This document shows, piece by piece, positions 32,881 to 46,828 of a DNA stretch of 64,000 nucleotides (position 1 is its first letter; the number at the start of each line of letters is the position of its first letter). Source of the stretch: Ramazzottius varieornatus (lineage: Eukaryota; Animalia; Tardigrada); contig BDGG01000003.1 of the NCBI GenBank assembly GCA_001949185.1, positions 3,269,158 through 3,333,157 on the forward strand, read 5' to 3'. Under the pieces are notes generated by a model that saw nothing but the letters and a program-made list of their open reading frames with translations, ran no database searches and was not told the origin of the DNA. A program made the translations under genes and the position numbers.

Positions 32881-35316
32881 TTACTCAGTGTTCAAAATGG
32901 GGCCAAACTCGTCGATTATCTGTTGCAGAACCACAATGACAGCTCGTAGAGTTTCAATGCCACTGGGAATGATTTGATTTGGTGGAAGGATGAAACCGTT
33001 AGAGCCCCCAGAGCTGGGTCTTAGTTCGACTGTGTATGAATACTTGGTCATGCCCTTCGCTTTCCCCCAGTCATCCGTTGCGCCGGCCGCGGACCCCAAA
33101 AGTGCAGTACTGGAGCCAACACGGTAAACCGTTCCGTATGGTACTCTCAACGCATTCGTGGCCCGCACTCCCAAATCGTACTGTAACAGAAACAAGTCCT
33201 AGAAAACTAGGCAAAATAAGATGACACATGGGAGGCCGCCCAAAGAAACGTACAGTATCAAGATCTGTTTCTCAATGGCGCACGCGTTCATTGTTATTAG
33301 CTGGTAGTATGCGCCATTTGGGATAACGAACGCGCACGTTTCTTTGCCGGCTTCCACACATTTCGTACTGGTCCCTCTCGAGTAAAACTAATTACTCGAG
33401 AGGAAAAATAAACTGAGTAAAACTAATTTGAATTGAAAATTCGTACCAGCTCTGGGTAGTCAGCTGGCAGGCTGTTGTCGTAACCCCATGGAGTGAGCCA
33501 AACTTGACTGAAGGAATGGAATGTCAGGAGGCATTTGATTTCTTTGCGGCGAGCCAAGTAAGCCTCGGTATGATGGAGGTTCTCGATCTCGGAAAACGGA
33601 AAGGCTCCAGCGTAGGTCTGTGTGCAAGGGGACTGAACCGCTCCAGAAACCATCCATTTGTGGTCGTAATTTCGGTTTGGATCTGCGCCGAGGCAGGCCG
33701 CGAAGGGGTTCACGCGTCTCGTAGTTCGCCACAGACGCTCCTGTTGTAAACACAACCATTTCCAAGGACCAGAATGACGACCATTTTGACTAAACCGCTA
33801 TGTTACAACACATACGTTAGAGCTCGTCTTGGTCCACTCGAAGCCATCAGCATTTATCACCTGTAAAAGAATCGCAAATGCGCTTATAATCAGTAAAAGT
33901 AATCACGACGCAGTTGATAGCTTGGATCAGTGGTGCGAGTGCCCGCCATGTCAGCAGCATGCGTGGGTTCGATTCTCACTCTGTCCGCTTTTAACTTGCT
34001 TCGCGATGAAAAGTTTCGGTAGGAGTTTTCGTAGAAAGTAGCCACGACCCGGCTACCATCTGTTCGTCACCATACCCACAGAACATAGATGTCAACTTGG
34101 TCGAGGAGCCTTTGGTATGTGCTGTTGGACGAGTATCCGGTGATTAACTCGTTCATCCTTCGAAATTTAGAATATTGAACTCTGCTGTTTTCTGTAAGAC
34201 TGACGAAAATGATCATTTTTGAGTTGTTACTGTACATATAGGTAAGTGTGGCGCTGGCAATCCATTCGCGAGCGTGGATTTCTGCATAAGAAGAGAACGG
34301 ATGTATATGCAGCTTGAAACCGAAAGAGTAAAAACCCGAAGAAGAATCACTCACGCGAGTCAAACCAAACAGCCGGCTTTGTTTTCCCATCAGCTCTCGG
34401 CTTGCCGACTTTCGAAAGGTGCAAGTTGCGTCCTTCATACGATTGCCCAATGACGCTCGTGCTAACAATAGTCGGGTAGTTGACTGTTAGCCATTGCACA
34501 AAGGATTCAATCTGTGAAATTATGCGATAAAGTATAAACGTCGAGCGATAATGATTAAACCTCCGCCATCTCGCTTCTTACGGTAGAGTAATTGTGGTAT
34601 TGCGTCCACGACATGCCTCCGTTCTTAGTTGTTGGTGCGTCCGCTCGGGACTCTTCCTCAATCAGCCTAAAACCACGCAGTACAACTGTCGCTATCAAAA
34701 CCGACTGTACGAGAGGTCGGGATGTCGAAGGGCTTACCTGGCCAAATCGGCGACCGTTTCTTCGTATTTGAGCCCCTCAGCGTCGAACGTCTGCAGCATT
34801 TCCGGCTGGTGTTCTGGCGAGACCATGATGACGACGGGTTGGTCAGCCTTGGTGCTTAGGCTCTCGGTGTCGGTCCAAATGTCAATCTGTAATCGGCGAG
34901 AATGCAGTTTTCATACGCCCATTGGAAAACCACCCCTCGCCTAAAACTCGGTGGTCGGCCTAGGTCGTTTTGTGAAGTGGCGCACGCTCTCGGATAATAA
35001 CAATGGAAAAATGCGCCACTCGAGACAACGAGATGAGTGAAATCATTCGCCAACATCCCAACTAACCTCATCGGTCATCAGCTGAGCCTCCAACGACTTT
35101 TGGAGATCCATTAGGAACTGGGCGTGCTTCTCGTTGGACGGAGTAACGCGATACACTTTGTACCTACCAACACAAAGCATAAGAAAAACGTTCGTCGGGT
35201 CTGATACTCCCAAAATCTCACCCTCGGAATCCATCTTTGACTTTTCCCTCAGCTCCCACGCAGAACAAGGCGGCGAGAGCCACGGAAAGAAGGATGGCTC
35301 CTGTGGGGTTACCCAT
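32881..35316 (-). CDS. M14A zinc carboxypeptidase, paralog 2 (CPB-like Asp255)
   Basis: Signal peptide, YKVYRV propeptide, IHAREW, PNRNY, TFHSFSQ, GATDDW and YTVELRP. Confidence 0.92.
33231..33355. repeat. Family A copy 7 (carboxypeptidase 2 intron)
   Basis: GGAGGCCGCCCAAAGAAACGT...ATGGCGCAC-N25-ATGCGCCAT...ACGTTTCTTTGCCGGCTTCC. Confidence 0.85.
33910..33993 (+). pseudogene. Degenerate tRNA-like sequence (tRNA pseudogene or SINE head) in a carboxypeptidase intron
   Basis: A-box-like TAGCTTGGATCAGTGG, T-arm GTGGG-TTCGATT-CTCAC and a following TTTT. Central CCCGCCATGTCA resembles tRNA-Asp; acceptor and anticodon stems pair poorly. Confidence 0.4.
34960..35037. repeat. Family A copy 8 (carboxypeptidase 2 intron)
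   Basis: TCGTT...AGTGGCGCAC-N25-ATGCGCCACT...AACGA. Confidence 0.8.
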
Positions 35317-36167
35317 GATAACCGAGGTATGCGTTACTGGAGGTTCTTCGACTGAAACTCCAAATCACAGCGACCCGGAAGCGCAGTATTTCCAGCCGTC
35401 TGAGTTACGGAGGACGCGCAGATAGTAGGAAACTATTCGGACGTTTGATATGACAACAGAAAATCTAATCGGGCCAATCGAACTCATTTCTTCTCCCTCA
35501 AGGTAATCTTGCCCATTAGATAACCGATATCGTAGGACGTACCGTGGAAGGTCGCATCCGTAAGACTACCATGTCAGGGAACTTATAAGATTGCTTGGCA
35601 AATTCCTCCGTGAAAATTCCTTCGGCCCCCTCGGCGTTTTTATTAATTTCAGACAGAAAAATAACAAATCAAAACAACAAATTAGACGCTAGACGAATTC
35701 AAGAATGAATTGAGACACAGATTACTGTAAAGGATGAGAATTCTTTCCTCCGCAACGCGGGTTAAGCTGCTGAGCAAAGGGCCAAGGCCGAGTATGAGAC
35801 CACACACACGAAGCAAGGTCAGCTCCATGAGAGGATTAACACCAGAAATTTGGGGAAATGAAACAATAACATTTTTGAAAGAACAGAAAAGGTATCTCGA
35901 TTTCAAGCTTCAACTTCCGCCGGGGCGGAAGGAGCCGAAGGAGTTGCGGTACGTTTCGAAACCTTCACTTTATCGTTTTTATGCACATCAACACTTCCCT
36001 TTCTCTGAGAACCTAAGGATGAAAGTTAAAAATTATTATTTCCTCACAATATTTTCCCAATCCGAGAGACCGGCGAACACAATGAGCACACTATACATCC
36101 ACCTCCGTACAGCGATCCACTTACCTCTTGAGGTACACAAGTATGGAGGTTCATGAAGAACTGGCGC

Positions 36168-39100
36168 ATCATACTTGCCGGCCTCCCACACCAGTACGGT
36201 AAATAACTACAGCTAATTTCAGTTAAAATTTTTACGGAACCTACCTATCTGAAGGAGCGTGCTGCCAAGAATGAGTCCAGCTTGGCCGGCCGGAGCGCGG
36301 TTGTCGTCTCCACCCGGAAGACGAATCAACGCCGTCATCACAGTATGCTTGCCATCTCCCAGGGGCTCACTGGCTACAAAGCAATGGCCCTTGGAATGTG
36401 GCATGTTCTTTGGTACTTTTCTCCGCCCCTTCTCTTTTTCCATAGAGGTACCAACCAGGTTAGGTGCCCCGAGATCGAGGTGGAGACCTAAGCACAGAAT
36501 CGTTAGTAACAGAAAACGAATACCGAAAGTTGAAATGGACTCATACAGGCAAAGGGACGTTTAGCCATCTGCGCCATCTCGACGAACATGCGTTGCCGTC
36601 GCTGGTAGATCTCCCACCGTTGCTTGGCTTTCCACAGGATAGCTGCTAGGACTAGTAAGGCAAGGAAGCAGCAGGCAAACACTATGAAGAAGTGCATGAG
36701 GTCGAGTGCTGGGTGCTGGGCAAAGGAAATGACGACGACGGAAGGTGTCCGAAAACCGAAAACGTAAACGTAGATTGTCGTGTTCTGTGTGGCATCTCCG
36801 TACATCAACTGCAAGGAAGATTCAGTTTACAAACAGTATAAGAAACTGATGTTTCGTTCTGACTGCGCACCTGGTCATGAGGCAGAAGTCTTTCTATCTT
36901 TTGTTCATGCCCACACCGGACATAATCCCAAATGACTTCTTCTTCGTGCATCGCCATGGTTCGGAAGGAAATGTTGACCAGGGACTCGTTTGTGCAGATG
37001 ATGGTCAGTTTCACGTCATAGTCACGTTCGTTCGGCAACGCTAGGAAGTTGATCGCGTTGAGGTGCATATCCTCCGGCTTCGTCAAGTTGAAGGTAAACC
37101 TGAGAGCATCCGAATATTCAATTTCGAAATTCTTGGTTCCGAGTTTATTCCTCCAATTGATACTTTTTGCCCAGTTTTATCATTATTTGGTCGTCATTTT
37201 ATTTCGATATTTCCACCACCGCAATACATTGTAAGGTCGGGAATCAGATTCGACAAGATCGTTCTCACAAGTGGCGCACGCCTTCGGGTTTATTACCGTA
37301 AAAGTGCGCCACTTGGGAAACGAGTTGTTCGCCTTGATCCTATCATTATTTCATAGCCTTTTCCATGCTTTTCCTTGTACGTGCCTAGAAGTGAACTTAC
37401 TGGTAGCCGATGGGTAGTTCGTAGAAGCATGTGCCAAAATGGCGTCCGTAGTGGTTGACCTCATCGCACTTGTCACAGCGTCGTCCGATGGTACCTTTGG
37501 TGGTGCACTTGCAAGCGCCCGACTCAGGATCACAGCCACTAGAAGCTTCTGGGCAATCACAGTGCGTGCAATTGCCGCCATTACGGGGATCACCGAAGCG
37601 GTCAAGCACGCAGCGATCACAGTGCGAGCCTTCCGTGTAATCTTGGCACGGCTGGCATGAGTTCGTGCCATTGAGGCATCGTGCGTGACCGTTGCAGTTG
37701 CATGACGGACAATCAACAAAATACCAGCGTTGGACTGGACAGGTCGAACTGGCTGAATCTGCGTGCGGCCCACGGCTGGAGCCCGCCATGCAATGTCCCA
37801 AGCCGGTTTGACTACCATCGTCACACCAACCGCAATCCGGATTGTCCTACAAGAGAAAGTCTGCGATGAAATAGAGTTTTCGTGCTTCTTATCCGGCAGT
37901 CCACAGTGAAGCATTTGCAACTCAGGACTCAAACAGAACAGAAGCTTATGTTGGTTAGTGCATTCTACCAACTCGATCAGTGACTACTTTAGCCGTGCTC
38001 ATGTATGCAGGTGCGTGAAAGATATGTTGGCGTCTTCCGTTTGCCGCTCGAAATCAGGACTTGGTTTTCATGAACGAAAACTTGTCGGGCATGAAATACT
38101 GACAGTTAGTCTAACGATATCATTTCCAAACGGCAGTCGTTTACCATGCACTGGTCGCAGGATTTGAAGTCCACGCATCGGGACACTTTGGCGCATCGTC
38201 GATTCATGGCTTGCCAATCACGACACTGACCATAAGGAAAGATGGCGAGGTAGGCGCTGCTATCGATGCACTTTTCCTCGTTGGCACACCACATACAGGA
38301 GCCAGCTTGCGTACTACATGACTCGCAGGACATTCGGGAACTACAGGGAAAATCACAGATAGAAGTGACTTCGTGGGCGTCGATTGGCGGTCCAGGAGGC
38401 TTCGGCGCACACCTAGACAAGAATCATTCGTTCCAAAAACTTATAGGTTTGTCTTGTTACATAAAATGCCCATACGTACATTCCACCGTTAAGGTCATCC
38501 CGTCTCCAGATGCAGGTGTCGTTGGACAAGCTGATACAAGCCTTACAGTTCTGGTAGTCGGCACATGCTGAGGCAGCTTCTTTCGGGCAAGAACTCAAGG
38601 CGTCAATCAGGCCAGAATTGCTTTTGCAAGGCGAAGAACTGCACTTGTTTTCTTCTGTAAGTCGAAACAATCTATTGGAAAACACAAAGACTAGATTGAA
38701 GGTTCATTATTTTCTTCAAATTACCTTTGCACCAGTGACACTTCCGGCCACTAGATAAGCAGTCATGGCACGGGGCCAGCTCGTTACAGTACAAGTCGTC
38801 TGCCTCAGAGGACCGGGGACATTTGAAGAACTCCAGGCCAGGTAGATGACTATTTATCTCCATACACTGCTTCGATCTGTCACTCCAGGCGCATTTCTTG
38901 CCGAAGCGAATCGATGTGAGGCAGTTGTCCCTAGTCTTAAGGTACCGACACTGCCCTGGTGTATATCGTACGATGTCGTTCAGTAAAATGCCTTGAAATC
39001 CTCCGAAGATGTACATTTGGTCCTTGAAGACGATGGAGCTATGTCCAAAACGAGGAAGACGCACGCGGCTGAAAAGAAAGACCATCAAGCAAATCAGCAC

Positions 39101-42100
39101 TGCGAAAAACAACTGTCGGTCACGCGCCTACATACACACAACCGCATCTTCAGTAGAATGAGAATGTATGGAGGTTCGTGTCACATCGTGTATCAAGCCG
39201 CCAAACACGCCACACACCTGCATACTCCATATTGGGCATCTCATCTATGTTCGAGGTATGCAGGTGCCTTAAAATAAAGTAGCCGATTCTAGTAGAAGCA
39301 GATTTACCTGTAGGGGATGACTGGTTGTTTTAGCACATGCCACGAGTCACATTCGATGTCATACGCCGTGAAGTCTCCAGCATAACACGGACCATTTCGT
39401 GTACTAATGGACTCATTGTGAGGGTTACCACCGAAGAAAATGATGGTACCGTCCAAGACAGCGCCCGAATGAAGGAATCGAGGCATCGGAGCGTCTTTCA
39501 GGTTTATGAACAGGGCCTTTGCCGGGTCGTAGGCCAGCATACGATTCGATAGGGCGTACTGCCGCATCTGCCTCTGGGTATATCCACCGTAGATGTATAT
39601 CAGACCCGTCCGAGAATCCAAGACGCTTGAATGTCCGTACGTTCCGTAGACGAAGGCTCCGCCTGAATAAAAAGAGCCCAAAGATGTTACACAAAATTCT
39701 TCTGGTTTATCAAAATGTATTTACTTGTGGAAACGATGGACCACTTCTTCTGCGTGAAGTCCAATTCTTGGACAATGTTCATGAAACCGTACTCTGGACC
39801 GCCATAGCCGAAAATGACCAGCATTTTGTTCTCAACGATGTGGGCGGAGTGTCCAGCGACCGGTAACGGCGGCGAACCCAGTCTCCCTTCTTTACCGTAG
39901 GTTCTGGATAGCCACAGGTTGTGGTAGAGATGCCACTGCCAGACTTCGTTCACTATCCTGGTCCCGTTGGTGATGCCTCCGTACATGTAAAAACTGTCGT
40001 TATGACTGCAACATAGAGATGTGTGTTCCATGCAACTAAAAACTGAACATACCATAAATGGAATAGTTATAAGTTCTGTCGAAACTCAGAATCAATAAAG
40101 AAACATTGCTCCTCTTTCTGTCCTCTTCTGTTCTTGTGCGCGAAAATGACCTCGACCTAAAATGACCTCGACCTAATCATAATCAAGGCCGTTTGTTTTG
40201 CCAGATGGAAGCGGGAACAAGCGTGTTCGATTCAGAAAGGGAAAAAATACTGCACTTCCATCTTCCGCTAGGCCAACTGACAACTGACGTTCTGCAGCGC
40301 ATAAATCCTTCAGCTCCTCACAGTACTACTGGAGACCTCATCGATTTTTGCGTCCTGACTGTCATTCCGGCCTTACTAAAGATTCCCGGTGCTGGTTGAC
40401 TAAACCTCACATACAGTACAGACTCACAACAACCCGGTCACTAACGCGGGTTTTTCCTTATACATGCGTGGATCCCGCGAAGGGGTATTTCGAGCTCTTC
40501 TATGAGATTATGTCACTCACACGACGATGCTGTGTCCAAAGCGAGCTTCCGGGTTCTTCTGTGAGGTACTCTGTATTGTCTGGAACTGCATGGAAGCCAA
40601 GTCCAGTTTCGCGAGCCGGCCAATATTGTCTCCGCGTCTGAAGGTTTCCCCGCCGATCCAGAAAATGCTCTGGTTCACTAGGACCGTTGCGTGTGAGGCG
40701 GAGGGAGCTGGCAGAGAAGGGGAAGCGGAAGCAGGGTCCGAGGTAACGACCTGCTCCCACAGGCCATCCGAGGCAAGACTGGCGCAATCTGGCCCGCGAA
40801 AGCCATCGGGACAGACGCACACCTGTAAATGAAGCACAGTTCCTGTACATTCGCACTGCTTGTTTTCCCTCTCATTTAATGCATGGGTAAAAGTCACATA
40901 CGACCAACAACTACACAAGCTCTTGAGAATATCCCTTAGTATGCAGGAGACAAGTACTTACACTTCCCGTGCATGCGCCACCGTTCTGACACGAATACGT
41001 GCTAGGGCATCCAACCGGAACACCACATCCATAACCTGCAAGAAAAACAAAGAACGATGAAACCGAAACGAATACGAGCAACCTAGCCTCTCTGTAGAAA
41101 GTCCTTGGCACGACTAAATTCGATAGACTACGACTGGATGAGCAAACAAATCCGACAAGATAGTATTTTGGAGTGGAGCACATTTTCAGTGCGCCACTTG
41201 AGAAAACGGCCTTGTCGAGTTTTCTCCCAAGTTTTCCTTGATTACACCGATTTCCATTTCGAAAATGGAGCGAATTAAACTTACCTGTCCAGTCTGGGTC
41301 ACAAATGCACTGTTTTACGCCGCCATTGCTGGGCAAGGTGACGCATGCTCCGTGCGATGCGCGGGAAGAACAGTCCAAATCACAGCCTTCTACTTCGTAG
41401 CTGATGTTGAATCCGGGAAGGATGAAGGCAGCGTCACTGTAAAAGTGGAGGTAGGCAGCTCCGGAGGTAGCAGTAATCTCAAAGACATTGGGCGAATCTT
41501 GAACGGTTCCTAAAACAAACACGGACATTTTATTGAACATGTACACAAGCACATTCGTGTTGTTCGTATCCCGATAAAAAGTGACAAAAAAGTCAATCTT
41601 CATCGATTGACACGAACCTGAGAGAGAAGCTAGCAAAGGTTCGCGTGTCGAATCTCCATCCCTGAAAAGACAAATCGGACCAATGTGGAATTAGTTGTGC
41701 CATAACCAGAGTCCCGTCACTCGCACACCTGCATATAAAATTCCGCACAGTTGGTCGTGAGCGTGTGTATGCAGGTGCTTGCAACAGTCATGCATTTGAC
41801 TGGGTGAGCTCAGTCGATCACACGCATGACGTAATGAGCCCAAACCTATCGCCGCCCACTCATCTTGGAAGCAATGTACCAGTACTATTACGTTATGCGC
41901 AAGCTTACTCGATAGACAGGGATATCGATAGACTTGGTTCTTCGAGTTTTAACCAACTAAATCAGATACTCATTTCACACGACCATCCAGCCTCCGAATA
42001 GAGAGATATGCTTCTACAAAATCTATCAAAGTCAAGGAAGAAGATGCGCACCATATGTACAGATGGTCCCAGGAGCATTCGGTGGCGAAGCTGTCGATGC

Positions 42101-42404
42101 GCAGTTTGATCCTCGCGTTGATGGAACTTGTGTTCTGGTGTCTGGCATCGATGAGCCATGTGCACTTCATATGAGCAGAATAGTTTCCTGGTCCGTCCGT
42201 GATTGTTCCAACGGGATCCGTAAGGAACCATCGTAAATCACTATCACAACTGGTGCTGGAGCACACGCCATCCTTGCAGATTTCCGTGTGCTTGCATTTA
42301 TCACATTCCGCTGATAGCACTTCCTCCAGAAGGAAGATTAGCACGAGGTATATTCCGATACTGCGCGGTAGGAACCAGTAATCATTTTTCCCGATGTCCA
42401 ACAT
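36168..42404 (-). CDS. ATRN: Attractin / distracted orthologue
   Basis: EGF, CUB (TDGPGNYSAHMKCTWLI, FATECSWDHLYI), kelch repeats (RFGHS, VAGHSA, TYGHSS), PSI, laminin-EGF, TM (FFIVFACCFLALL) and cytoplasmic EMAQMAKRPF / LIRLPGG. 3' end approximate. Confidence 0.93.
37250..37331. repeat. Family A copy 9 (attractin intron)
   Basis: CAAGTGGCGCAC-N24-GTGCGCCACTTG, perfect 12-bp core. Confidence 0.88.
37964..38018. repeat. Family B copy with degenerate left arm (attractin intron)
   Basis: TCTACCAAC-N30-GTATGCAGGTGCGTGA. Confidence 0.55.
39121..39266. repeat. Family B tandem pair (39127-39174, 39217-39264; attractin intron)
   Basis: CCTACATAC-N30-GTATGGAGG, then CACCTGCATAC-N30-GTATGCAGGTG. Confidence 0.8.
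41152..41218. repeat. Family A copy 10, loop-deleted (attractin intron)
   Basis: CGACAAG...AGTGGAGCAC-ATTTTCA-GTGCGCCACT...CTTGTCG. Confidence 0.8.
41726..41777. repeat. Family B copy (attractin intron)
   Basis: CACCTGCATAT-N30-GTATGCAGGTG. Confidence 0.8.
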
Positions 42405-43184
42405 CGTATGTTCATTTCCGGGATTAGACTATAAAATCATCCAGGTCATCGCTGCGTGAAGGAATCTGGTTACACAAGCCTGAGCAGTGAGCACGACCTC
42501 AGCGCACAAAGACTATTCCGCAAGTTTGCAACCCCACTCTGCTCGCTCTCTCGCCGTCACAGAGGCACAGGTGCTTAGGATCAAGCAATGACATAATCCA
42601 TCACAAAAGAACTATCCTTCGCAAACCAAGCAGAAATTCCTTATGTCCAATTATTTCCTGAGATCTGATCGAAAAACTAAAATTGAAAAGCAAAACAATC
42701 AACTGCAAATAACATCATTCAAAGGAGGAACAATGGGCGGTCCATTCCTAGATTACATCGCGGATTGTGATTTGTAGAACAAATTCGACATCACGCCCCC
42801 AGATGTTAACCCCATGTTGGAACTGCCTTCTTGACCACGTGTAAGTGATATTGTGTGGGAAAGGGATATAAACCACGAGGCTAACACCGAGGTCTGGAAG
42901 GACAGACAGGCCGCAGGATGATTATGCGCACATCCGAACGCTACCAACAGTCGAAGAACCGTGCGTTCGCGCGCAGGTGCATGTCGCGCCGCATCTGCGC
43001 AGCCGGCTTAGCGTTGCACATGCACGCTCTGCTCCGTGCGAAGTGCACAGTGTGAATTTTTGGGTTCTTCGGCGCATTCAGCAGTGATCTCTTCCCAGCT
43101 TCCGAACTCTGTGATCCTTCTGGCTGACAACATCCCGTTTGGTATCATTTTTACACTGCAGCGACCTGAGGCCAACGTCGGAAA

Positions 43185-43940
43185 ATGGGGGTAGGTGGAG
43201 GAATAGCGAAACATGGCAGCGTGTAACAGGGAACGTGGTTTTTCTTCTTCCAGTCACTCATCGTTCCCGAGAAATTCCAACACATTCTGCGTATTATGAA
43301 CACCAACATCGACGGAAACAGGAAGATTATGTATGCTCTTACTTCCATCAAGGTACGAGCATCCAGAAAACCAGTCTGTTACGGCGCTTAACGGCTAACT
43401 ATACTATATTGCTCGTTTCCGGTTGGTGCTGCTTGTTGCTGTTCATCTTCGCGGTTTGTTTTATCATCCTGTAGGGTGTTGGTCGGCGGTTTTCCAACGT
43501 TGTCTTGAAGAAAGCTGATATTGATCTGAAGAAGCGTGCTGGAGAACTGACCGAGGAAGAGGTGAGTGAAGAAGCTGGGGTTGTTTCGCTTGTGGCTCGC
43601 GCTCGTTCAAGTAATCAACTGTTGAGCAGTGTCTAACCATCTCTTGATTTATTCTCCTCACCAGGTGGAGAAAGTCATCACCGTCCTCAACAATCCTCGT
43701 CAATACAAGATCCCGGACTGGTTTTTGAATAGGCAGAGAGACATTAAGGACGGAAAGTACACGCACGCTATGGCCAATAATTTGGAATCCAAGTTGCGAG
43801 ATGATTTGGAAAGACTGAAGAAGATCCGGAACCATCGTGGTCTTCGCCATTACTGGGGCCTGCGAGTGCGCGGTCAGCATACCAAGACCACTGGTCGTCG
43901 TGGCCGAACTGTCGGTGTCTCCAAAAAGAAGGGAGGTTAA
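43185..43940 (+). CDS. RPS18: 40S ribosomal protein S18 (uS13)
   Basis: Exons give [21 protein letters not shown]...GVGRRF...[10 protein letters not shown]...[33 protein letters not shown]. Confidence 0.97.
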
Positions 43941-44098
43941 TCTTGTGGCGTACTCGTGGCGATAATTTTCTTACTGTATGTTTCAGTTTGCCATCGTTGC
44001 GTAGAAGTACTTTACGAAACTAATCAACACGAATATTTCTGAAAAATTAAAACCGCAGTCATGGTCTGGACTCTTGTCGTTCTCTAGTGAAACGAGAA

Positions 44099-46828
44099 TC
44101 ATGAAGAAAGTTTGGAAATATCCATAGGATCAAATAAGAACGTCTCGGACGTGGAAAAACAGGAAGTTCTTATCTCTTTCAATACATTCACCAGAAAGGA
44201 GGACATAAATTCTTTGTCTCTTCCATTGGCGTTCTTTTCGAAGCATTCGTTCATGTCTACCAGCTTCAGGTTGAGAGTGTCGTAATGCTTCTGGATCACT
44301 CGAAGAATCTAAAAACCGACCAAGTTACCGAGCATCACTCTGTAAGATTGAAAGAGGCTTTCTTACTTCCTCTCTTTCCAACGTTGTCTTGCCAAACTCC
44401 AGCGAGAATGCGTCCACTTTAGGTGCGAAGTGTGCGACTACAGCTCTCAGGTTCGTCATGGCTGTAAGAAACTTTTTGCTGGACGCTTGGATGCTGGCTG
44501 ACTGGACAGTACTGAAGCGAAGGCCCATGGTGAAGGCGTTATTGACGATTGTACTATTCCGAACTATCTCATAACACAAGTCGTCGTAGCTGCCTACTTG
44601 AGAAAGGATGGCGTCTCCTCCGATGAGAAAGATGTTCAGGATATTTACCACCTGAAAACTCAAAAAGGAATTAAGCCCACAGGGAAATCATCAAGGGAAA
44701 ATTCTGGCACCAACCTGAGTACAGAAGAGAAAGAAGTTGGGAATCTGGTCAATCAGACTGCCTTCGTTAGCTTGGAGAAACTTGAGCAGAGACAGCAGGG
44801 CACTCCAAAGAGTTCGCCATTGATAAGGCAGGCGAAACCGTGTGCGTTTCTGGTAGTCCATCAAGCGATAGACCACCAGCAAACACCGGAAATACAAGTC
44901 ATGGGGAAAGTTGAGCATCATGTGTGAAGTTATGAACTCGGAGATGAGGTTCAGGACGGCGCATGCAAGAGGTTCAGGCTTCGAGCTCTGGAGGATTTGA
45001 CAGGGATGGTACCGGGAAGCAGCGCGGTAGAACTGCACCCGGTAGTTGATGCTAAAGTCATGCATAAACTGCGTCGTGTAATGGTCCTGTGAAGGATGAA
45101 GACACTGGCTGAGTAAATGTAAACTCCGATGACGAGCTTATTCAACGTACCTCGGTTATAGTACCTAGAATCAGAAGACTCATTCTGGCATGTTCGACAG
45201 ACTTTTCGTCTCTGAGTTGTAATACAATCGATGTGTATTGCAGAAACTCTACAAAAAGGTTCGAAGGTTCTTCGACAGCTGCCTCCTTCGGCGTAACAAC
45301 AGCGGGTTCGCTAGTCACCGAAACGTTATCAAGCGCTTCGACCGTAGGAGTCGGTGGCGGACCAGCCACGAGTATTTCCGATTGAGCCTAGGAAGAACAG
45401 AACCCTTCTAAGTGTCATGAGAGACACTCCAATTTACTGGAGGCAAGATCCAAATACTTACATGGGTGAAGGCGTGAACGAAGTTACGTCCAATCTTGAG
45501 ACCAGTACAAAGCGAGAGAAGCATAGCATCTTGGAGGTGGACATTCAGAGTTGTACGCGGCGTACGCGTGACGGTCTTGGTGATCCAAGTCATCCATCCA
45601 TTATCCTTCTGTACAGCTAGTACTTGCTGGAAGAACTCTCGTGTTGAACTCTGGAAAGATTCACCCATCACTCCGGCGATGCCCATCAGCTCGATAGATG
45701 GCTCCATGACAGACAGTTGAAGATATGGATTCGACTCTGGCTAATGTAGAAACACATCATTACAGTGTAATCATGTGGCGGAGAACTCTGTGATACATCC
45801 GGTGTAGAAACCGTACACGTGTACTTGCTTGCACGAACTCTTCTCACCTCTAATGTCGGGTAATGCGGAAGTACGCCCAAGAGGGTCACAATTTCGTATC
45901 CCACAATCTTCCGTCTGGGAGGATCCGCAAGGACCTTCATGAATGCTTCGAAGAGTGAACGGTCCATCATACCGGACACGAAGAGATTCTGCTCTATTCT
46001 TTCTTTCGCGGCAACGAGCAAGAGCAGAAACCGCAGCGTGAGTCGTAACACAGATGAGTTTGAGCAATGGTCCAATATCTGACGCAGAGATTCGAGCAAG
46101 TCCTAACAAAACCGTAAGCACATTGGATGTGTTAGCAAGTCAGGAGCGGTTAGGCTAAAGAACCTTCAGAAACGCTTCCTGGTTCGACGAATCGAACAAA
46201 AACTTCTCCAGATTATTTCCCAGCTTCCTCCGCGTCAAATCTTCGAGAAGCATAAATAGTGTCTGCAGAAAAACATCCCGCTTTCATAAACCCTGACCTC
46301 GACCTACACAAAAGCAAGTTCTTTACCAGAAGGGAATTAAACACAGCCAGCTCCGAGTTAGTCTGCGTATCAAGTCTCCTCACAGCCTGACCGGCAACTC
46401 GATGGACAGCGACCTGGAAACGATAAAACCTTGTGTTAGCTACCATAAATCTCGATAGACTTTCGCATCACTGGTATCAGCATCGAGAACTGACCGTCTT
46501 CTGGACCAGACGAGCATCGTCGATTGTTAGAAGCTTCGATGCGAGATAACCCGGTTTAGGCTGAAATGAATAGGGAATAGTGTATTTCCGAACGCTGGTT
46601 TGTTGCAGCTGAGGGTTCTCACCTTTAGGACAAACAGTTCGTCCCAGAAGTGCGGATATCTATCCAGATCGTCCTCCTACAAGCGCAGCAAGCACAGGCG
46701 TATCGTCGTGGTCAACCGGAAGTCGCGTGCGGTATCAACATCGTTACACTTACATCTAGCAAAGCATCGTACATGTGGACGACTTTCTCCCGCAGGCTTC
46801 CCTTCTTCGCGCGATTTGGCTGCGCCAT
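44099..46828 (-). CDS. ARMH3: Armadillo-like helical domain protein 3 (C10orf76, DUF1741)
   Basis: N-terminus MAQ...LREKVVHMYD, FWDELFVLK; C-terminal VVNILNIFL.GGD..L....YDDLCYEIVR and HYDTLNLKL. Confidence 0.88.

Noticed and set aside
40143-40176. Tandem AAAATGACCTCGACCT x2 (nuclear-receptor-like half sites)
   Set aside because: A single slippage duplication with no support for function.
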